DNA of 64,000 nucleotides from Octopus vulgaris (lineage: Eukaryota): contig OX597818.1 in the NCBI GenBank assembly GCA_951406725.2, positions 64,046,001-64,110,000 on the forward strand, written 5' to 3'. The position numbers were made by a program, and so were the translations under genes. The notes under the pieces were generated by a model. It was not told where the DNA came from. It saw nothing but the letters and a program-made list of their open reading frames with translations, and made no database searches. Shown in pieces: positions 56,366 to 64,000 of this stretch (its first letter is position 1; every line of letters starts with the position of its first letter).

Positions 56366-57497
56366 CACAAACGCACTACATGAGTAACCAGATCGCTAGA
56401 AATAGAAGCAAAATATACTCCTGTAACACAGAATAGATACAAATCTACCACAGGCATACTAGGGAAAATTTATTCCAATGAACATTAAAACGTCTTACCT
56501 GTGCTAGATCCCGACAAGGAACTCTGGTCATCTTGTTACCAGTTTCGAAATAAGTGACAAATGGATGACTGTTTCTCTTTAGCCAAAGTCTGCCAGCTTA
56601 CTACTACGAAAATGCCCCAACCCCATATGTTTAAAAGTTCGTTTGAAGGGGCCAAACATTATTTAAGCAAACGAAATGCGGGAAATTATTTCTTAAGAAA
56701 TATAAGAAGGAGTAATTATTGAAACGGTATCACGTGTTGCAAGCGAAGTTATCAGCGGTACAGGTAAATTTGTACAACATATTCATACACTACAAGGTAT
56801 ATATATATATATATGCACACGGAAGCACTACACAAACACCGACAGCTCTAGGAATACAAGTCAAATATACTTGTACCACAGAATATTCACAAATCTACTG
56901 CATGTATGGCAGGAAAAAGATTTCCGTGAATATCAAAAGGTCTTACCTATATATATATATATATATATATGCTATTTTATTATAGTATATCATGTCGAAA
57001 GATCTTGAGTGAAGAATGGAGTAATGCACTTCCATAAGAGATTAATTAATAATTGATAATTAATAGAAGCCTAAACTTGTTTTCATGAAATTAAAAATCC
57101 AAGGATTAAACAAGATTCTACGTTGAAAAATTCAATATCGAGTTTATGGCACATACACATACACACATACACACACACGCATACAAACGCAGAAATGGCT
57201 ATATTGATGTATACGTATATATTCTTTATATTATATACGTATATATTTGGAATACCACCGCGTGCTCGCAGTTTTGTGGGGTTTTTTCTGTGCGTAAGTA
57301 CAAATATTTCATCTATCTCGCTCAGCGTGTTTTGATGGCGAGAGAAAATTATGAAAGTAATCCAGAAATTAACCAATCCGAAACTATATCAAGAATTTCC
57401 TGAAGTTCGCTCAATCTGTTTCCTCGATTTCAACAGGTTGTAATTATATAGTGATAACTTAAGAGGTTGGCTAGATTTAGCATCTATCTTCATCATA

Positions 57498-57853
57498 GGC
57501 GCAAGAGTGGCTGTGTGGTAAGTAGCGTGCTAACCAACCACATGGTTGCGGGTTCAGTCCTACTGCGTGGCATCTTGGGCAAGTGTCTTCTGCTATAGCC
57601 CTTGGCTGACCAATACCTTGTGAGTGGATTTGGTAGACGAAAACTGAAAAGAAGCCTGTCGTATATATGTATGTGTGTATTTGTCCCCCTAGCATTGCTT
57701 GACAACCGATGCTGGTGTGTTTACGTCCCCGTCACTTAGCGGTTCGGCAAAAGAGACCAATAACATAAGTATTGGTGTCGATTTGCTCGACTAAAGGCGG
57801 TGCTGCAGCATGGCTGCAGTCAAATGACTGAAACAAGTAAAAGAGAAAAAGAG
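57498..57853 (+). mobile_element. SINE family A, near full length
   Basis: Collinear with the 33529 and 63393 copies. Confidence 0.9.
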
Positions 57854-58816
57854 TATATAGGCACTTAACGCTTTTGTCACCGTAATTATAATTGCATTTT
57901 AAACTATTATAAATCTTGATATATGAATTGACATAAATGCGTATATATTTTATATGCTGTCCCCTGATAACATTTTTAATATTTATATCCTTTAATTATT
58001 TTCATATATAATCCATTCACTTCGGGACAGTTTAGTCGCGTCCGTACTATTTAGACCGAATATATGTTATGAGGTGGACTGCGATATTCCATCCTTATAT
58101 ATTTGGGATATTTGTGCGTAATCGTAGTTTTGCATCTGCTTTTCTGTGAGTATGTGTAAATATTTCATTTATCTCGTTCGTTGTGTTTTGCTGAAGAAGA
58201 AATATTTATCAAACTAATCCATAAATTGAGCAATTCAAAACTATCTGAAATAGTTTATGAATTTCCGTCAGTTTGCATCCTCGATTTCAGTTATAAAGTG
58301 ATAATTTAAGTGGTTGGATATCTGTAACATCTATCATCAAGGAACCCTGATGTGCTCTGAATTATTATTGTACTTACACTATTATCTTCGTATATATATG
58401 AATGTGTTATGTATGCATTTATGCATATTTGTACGTATGCATGTAAGAATTATAATAATAAAGAATATGGAGATTGGTGCATCCTCAAAATATATTTCCT
58501 TGTATTATACGGTATGTCATACAGCATAGAAGTCATAGATGTTCAATGCTAATGGAAGACGTTCGCCTTGACGAGAAACATAACTGGGAGGCACCACAGT
58601 GGATCCGAGGTGGATCCAATGTCCAATTATTCTGATTAAGACATCGATGGCCCAGTGCGTAAACTTAGATAAACTTAGATAAACTTAGAGGTAGCGGATT
58701 GACTACAAGTCCCGAAGTGTGTGAACTGCCAGCCATGAAGCACACGTAACCTGGATTTCATCTATTCCATTCCCTTAGGATTTCTATTCTTATGAATGCA
58801 TATATATATATATATG

Positions 58817-58870
<54 letters not shown>

Positions 58871-58871
<1 letters not shown>

Positions 58872-59281
58872 GAAAGAATGGAGTTGAACGACGAATTAAC
58901 AAATTTCCTTTATTTTCGACATATGTTTCGAAGGCTGCATATTATCACTATTATCACTATGGGCTCCGTGTGAGCAGTCATCTAAAAGTTTTTTGTGCAT
59001 CTTGATGTTGACATAAGTTCCTTGCTTTTCCTGATGAGAAAGCGGCATAATATACTCCTTATTCCTTCGCAATTAGGAATATGCAGCCTTCGAAACATAT
59101 GTCAAAAAAAAAGGAATTTTGTTAATTCGTCGTTCAACTCCATTCTTTCATATATTTATATTTAAAAAAAAAAACATGCAAATTTCCACACTCCAAACGT
59201 GTCTTCTCTGATGTGAATTTGCTACCCAGGTATCGGTTAAACGAATTATCCATAACAAGATAATTCATTCAACTACTCAAA
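58871..59281. mobile_element. (TA)n-flanked non-coding derivative of the 18451 PLE with an inverted 5' segment
   Basis: 58872-58943 is inverted at 59078-59150. The body equals the reverse complement of 18451-18735. Confidence 0.85.
59026..59108 (+). ncRNA. Type-I hammerhead ribozyme
   Basis: TTTTC|CTGATGA|GAAAGCGGCATA...TATGCAGCCTTC|GAAA|CATATG|TC|AAAAA. The first stem I pair is mutated relative to the 18578 copy. Confidence 0.75.
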
Positions 59282-59319
<38 letters not shown>

Positions 59320-60150
59320 TCGAAACATGTCGAAAGTAAAAGAATTTTAATAACATCTGCGTTCAACTCCACTTATTTACTTATATATTTCTTATATATT
59401 TCTTCACTTTTTACTCTTTAGTTTTTTACTTTTTCATTTTTATATCTTAAATTATCTTCGGTTCTCTCGCAGTTACCCACTTTTCTAAGCCTAATAGATT
59501 AAATTGTATACTTTAATCCCCTACACACCATCTCTAACCTCGGAAAGAGCCACTCTAGGAGTAACATCAAAGTAAATTCTTTGCTTAACTCCAGCCCTTA
59601 TTCATCACAACGGTCAATTTTGTGGTCATTCTCCCATTTCATAGTAAGCCTCAATAGACTTCAGCCATATCCCTGCAGTATTCTTGGAGTAATGTCTTGT
59701 TCTTGAAATTATGTTTCATTCGATGGTTACGTATTTTTTTCTTTTAGGCAATGATGTATTATTCTCATTATTTTATTTATAAAATACGTATGAAACAGTT
59801 GTAATGTGCTGAAAATTAGCCATCATCTGTTATAATTCATTTGATAATACACCATAGGCATTTACGACTTGTCGCTCAACCTGAAGTATACCTACACCTT
59901 ACAATCAAGCTAAAGTGTCCTTCGGACCCGCCCCTCAGCACTGAGTACTTACAGGGTTGGTTTTCTCTGTGTAGACACCCGGAATATCGTATTTAATATT
60001 TATCAAACATAGGTGATGACCACAGGTTTATCCAGCCGTACCTGGTGCATATATTTTCAAGTAACCAGATTCAATGTGAATCCTTATCATTATTGTGCTT
60101 ATGCGTGTGCATGCATAACGGTCATTTTCATAGCATTTTTTCGATGGCCA

Positions 60151-60211
60151 GATAACTGAAGAGATACCGGCGTGGGTTTCCGCCCCGAATTCCGAAACCT
60201 TCAGTTTTATC
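60151..60211 (+). ncRNA. Hammerhead-like motif, 21035 family
   Basis: GATAA|CTGAAGA|GATACCGG..CCGAATTCC|GAAA|C-CTTCA-G|TT|TTATC. Stem II imperfect. Confidence 0.55.
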
Positions 60212-60771
60212 ATGGCTACCGAATAATTGTCACATATTATGTTTACAGATAAGTTCCTTTATTTACATAATATCGTTGTCTTACTATTTCTAATAATATA
60301 TGTATGTGTGTGTGTGTGTGTGCAAAATATGTGTGTATTTGTGTGTGTGTACATGTGTTTGTTTGTGTTTTGTATGTGTGTAGTGGTTTCCAAATCTAGC
60401 ACAAATCCATGAATTTTACCTATGAAATGTTATATAATTTATCCCCAAGTATATTATGATGTCTATGTCGACATCGAAGTTATTTGAACGTAGAACGTAA
60501 CGACAGCTGAAATGCCGGTAAAAGTATAGTCAGAAGTGCTATATATATGTTGCTCGAGTACCTCTATGGTCACATTTTTTAACCAGATCCGTCAAAGAAA
60601 GCAAAATAGAAAATACATAATTGAATATCACTTAGTGTTTTTATTCTTTTATACGATGTCTTTCTTGAGGAGGAGTGTTTCGTATCACTTGTAGCTACTG
60701 CACATATTTTTGTTTGCACGCAAGCAATTTAGTTTCCTCAAGTTATGCTCGGAATATTTTAATTCCATTTA

Positions 60772-60821
60772 AGCCTGATGAAAGATTGTATTAGCATTAC
60801 AATACTTAGAAATTGCACGCT
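60772..60821 (+). ncRNA. Decayed hammerhead-like motif
   Basis: AGC|CTGATGA|AAGATTGTA-TTAGCAT-TACAATACTT|A|GAAA|TTGCA-C|GCT. Cleavage region defective. Confidence 0.35.
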
Positions 60822-61587
60822 AGCAGGGAACGGAAAAAAACTTCTATTAAGTGTTACTATATCAGATCTATTTTCATTCACTGAAATTCTTAACAAACAC
60901 AAGTCCAAAGACATCGGAAGCGTTAAATAATTTCTGAAGCTGCAAACTTAATATGATGCACAATCGGCTTATGTTTTCTTTAAAGTGAAGTGGAAATTAA
61001 TATCATTTTTTAAATTTTTATTTGATATATATATATATATACAGATGTGTGTGTGTGTGTGTGTGTGCGTGTGTGTGTGTGTGTGTGTGTCTGTGTGTGC
61101 GTGTGTGTGTGTGTTTCCTTAGGTATTAACAGCAGTATGAAATAAATGCTATTAACTATATTTTCCGAAGAACAAAGTATTAGTTCTTCAAACAGAAGAT
61201 TATTTATTTTCCGAGTAGAAACTATGATACTGCTGGAAATAAAAATACGCGACATTCAACGGAGATTTTAAGATACAGTCATCTTTCTTTAAAACTCCTC
61301 TAATACCTGTAATGAAAATGTTATAGTATTAGTGTAATAACAAGCAAAATCTCATAATTTTTTGATACTTTTTAAGTTGTATACATTTACATATACACTT
61401 GTGACGGCAAATAAAATCACACATACACACACATATGAATGTGAGCCTGTATATGCATGTATGGTAAAATTGTATGCAAACGTGTCTGTGTATGTTCTCT
61501 TGTGTCTTTGAGAGAGACTATATATGTGTATATATACTTATCTATATATACGTGTGTGCATATATATATATATATATATATACATAT

Positions 61588-61654
<67 letters not shown>

Positions 61655-61663
61655 AATACATGC

Positions 61664-61697
<34 letters not shown>

Positions 61698-62608
61698 CAC
61701 CTAGCAGAATTGCAACAGTATCCACTTGAAGTCCTGGTGTTTTAAAATACGTTGTTTTGCACTTCAGACCGCAGCAGTGTCAGATTTGTACTTAACTGGC
61801 GTTTGAATAACAGAAAATTCAAAGGGTTGAGAAAATCATTCATGGTTTTTTGCCATCGTTAATACAAGGATACGCTGAGAAGAAAGAAAAAGCATTCTTC
61901 AGGTATATAGACGATCAGTTTGTGAACTATACTAAAAGTACTTTTTCATTCTTCAAAAAATCTCCTTTGGGCTTAAGCACGATATCGAAATGTTTAAATG
62001 GACACACCCTTTATTCGTAGTTTTCGTTACCGCTTTCAGCTTTTTAGTTGTGATTTTTCCACAATATTCTAACATTTGAAATAAAACTTCTCATGGACTG
62101 AATACTTTATTGATACTCCCATTGGGAAGCGGACATTATAATACTTCTATCTGTATGTGTGTGTGTGTGTATGTGTGCACGCGCGTGTGTGTATGTCAGT
62201 GTGTGTGTGTAGGAATATATGTATGATATACGACTGTGATATCATTTCCAATCCTTGTTTATAGGCATTCTCGCGATACGTGATATTCTGGTATACAGAA
62301 TACAAATTTATCACCGTAGCAGACATTGAAGTTGTTTAGTCAGAATTTACTACGGAAAGAACAAGCGTATTTTTCACTTAATTTTTGGAAGAATGCCCCA
62401 AGAAAAGAAATTTCTTGGAAGCTTTGAGGACAAATTTGAAAACCGTATTTCACATATCATTAAACACACATACACGCACATATATACATATAATTATATA
62501 TATGTATATATTATATATGTATGTGTGTATATATTATATATAATTATATATAAATCAGAAATATTAAATTTCTAAATATCTCATAGAGATATGTACGGTC
62601 GTGGAGCG

Positions 62609-62894
62609 ATATAGTGGTTGTATACTGTCAAATTAACGTGACAGTAAGGGAATTACCTCACCGCTGTTTAGCCCTAGGAAGCATCGACGCTTCTGACGGC
62701 CTCGACACATTTCCTGTGTCCTTATATATTTAAGAAGGGGAGCTGTTGAGGGTATTTGTCTCCCCTTCGTAAATATATAAGGACACAGGAAATGTGTCGA
62801 GGCCGACAGGAAGCGTCGAGGCTTCCTAGGGCTAAACAGCGGTGGTGTAATTCCCTTACTGTCACGTTAAGTTGACAGTATACAATCACTATAT
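62609..62894. repeat. About 290-bp fold-back (arms of about 135 bp, 17-nt spacer) next to (TA)n
   Basis: 62609-62742 is inverted at 62760-62894 with few mismatches. Confidence 0.9.
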
Positions 62895-62899
62895 ATGAA

Positions 62900-62952
<53 letters not shown>

Positions 62953-62955
<3 letters not shown>

Positions 62956-63117
62956 GGTCCCGGGTTGAGTCGGGATTAACCACAGTAAATAAGGTACTCA
63001 ATACATAGCAAAGTAAATTAATTTATTTTATAGAAGGAGCTTCTACAGGACTAGATTTCTGATGATTTCATTTGAATGAAGCAGTTCTAGTCCTGTAGAA
63101 GCTCCTTCTATAAAATA

Positions 63118-63120
<3 letters not shown>
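62953..63120. mobile_element. Short fold-back of the 49806 family with hammerhead motif at 63056-63102
   Basis: Same GTAGGTCCCGGGTTGA terminus as 49806. CTGATGA|TTTCATTTGAAT|GAAG|CAG-TTCTAGTC-CTG|TA|GAAGC. (TA)n on both sides. Confidence 0.85.
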
Positions 63121-63172
<52 letters not shown>

Positions 63173-63392
63173 TACATACAGGTTATATGCATGTATATAT
63201 TTAATCTCATAAGTCCAAAAATCATTATATATCACGAATTCAGCTCCCGTTTCAATCGAAAATTTAAAAAAATAACGATGCAATAACCCCCTATAAGTAT
63301 TCCTATAATTTAAAAACTCTTAATCTCAATACGTAATCATTACCATGCAACCGAATAAATCTTACTAACCCCAAAGAATCGTCATATATATA

Positions 63393-63792
63393 TGTGGTAA
63401 GTAGCTTGTCTACCAGCCACATGGTTGCGGGTTCAGTCCCATTGCGTGGCATCTTGGGCAAGTGTCTTCTGCTATAGCCCCGGGCCGACCAAAGCCTTGT
63501 GAGTGGATTTGGTAGACGGAAACTGAAAGAAGCCCGTCGTATATATGTATATATGTATATATGTATGTGTGTGTGTTTGTGTGTCTGTGTTTGTTCCCCT
63601 AGCATTGCTTGACAACCGATGCTGGTGTGTTTATGTCCCCGCTACTTAGAGGTTCGGCAAAAGAGACCGATAGAATAAGTACTGGGCTTACAAAAGAATA
63701 AGTCCCGGGGTCGATTTGCTCGATTAAAGGCTGTGCTCCAGCATAGCCGCAGTCAAATGACTAAAACAAGTAAAAGAGTAAAAGAGTAAAAG

Positions 63793-63793
<1 letters not shown>
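63393..63793 (+). mobile_element. SINE family A, nearly full length
   Basis: Lacks the first approximately 15 nt; (AAAAGAGT)n tail. Confidence 0.9.
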
Positions 63794-63824
<31 letters not shown>

Positions 63825-64000
63825 ATGTGTGCTTGTATGTTTAAATATATATATATATATTTATATTTATATAGTTATATGTATGCGTATGTGTGCGCAC
63901 CTGTGCATGTGTATGTGTGTATGTAAATGTTGTGTTAGTTGAAATATCTCTGTGACATATTTCAACTGCTAATAGCCAAACGGCTGCAGCTATCGAGGTG

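Overview
AT-rich, microsatellite-saturated eukaryotic intronic/intergenic DNA with one 100-N assembly gap (35312-35411). The repeat repertoire suggests an octopus (inference). No host gene can be supported with confidence, and most short ORFs in the track are (TA)n/(CA)n artefacts. Two real coding regions are present: a 5'-truncated but stop-free Penelope-like element (RT + GIY-YIG, 26089-27384) inserted in (TA)n, and an apparently intact R4/Dong-type RLE non-LTR retrotransposon (44528-48409) inserted in (TAA)n. There are also several tRNA-derived SINE families, a non-autonomous Helitron and decayed DNA-transposon and PLE fragments. The main hidden signal is about 17 type-I hammerhead-ribozyme motifs (intact to decayed, at least 8 sequence families), read by eye. 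They lie mostly in (TA)n-flanked fold-back or tandem Penelope-type elements. They include a natural G3:C8 core-swapped hammerhead at the 3' end of the young PLE and a 507-bp tandem retrozyme-like unit with a CUGUUGA core. All structures were paired manually; no folding or database search was run.
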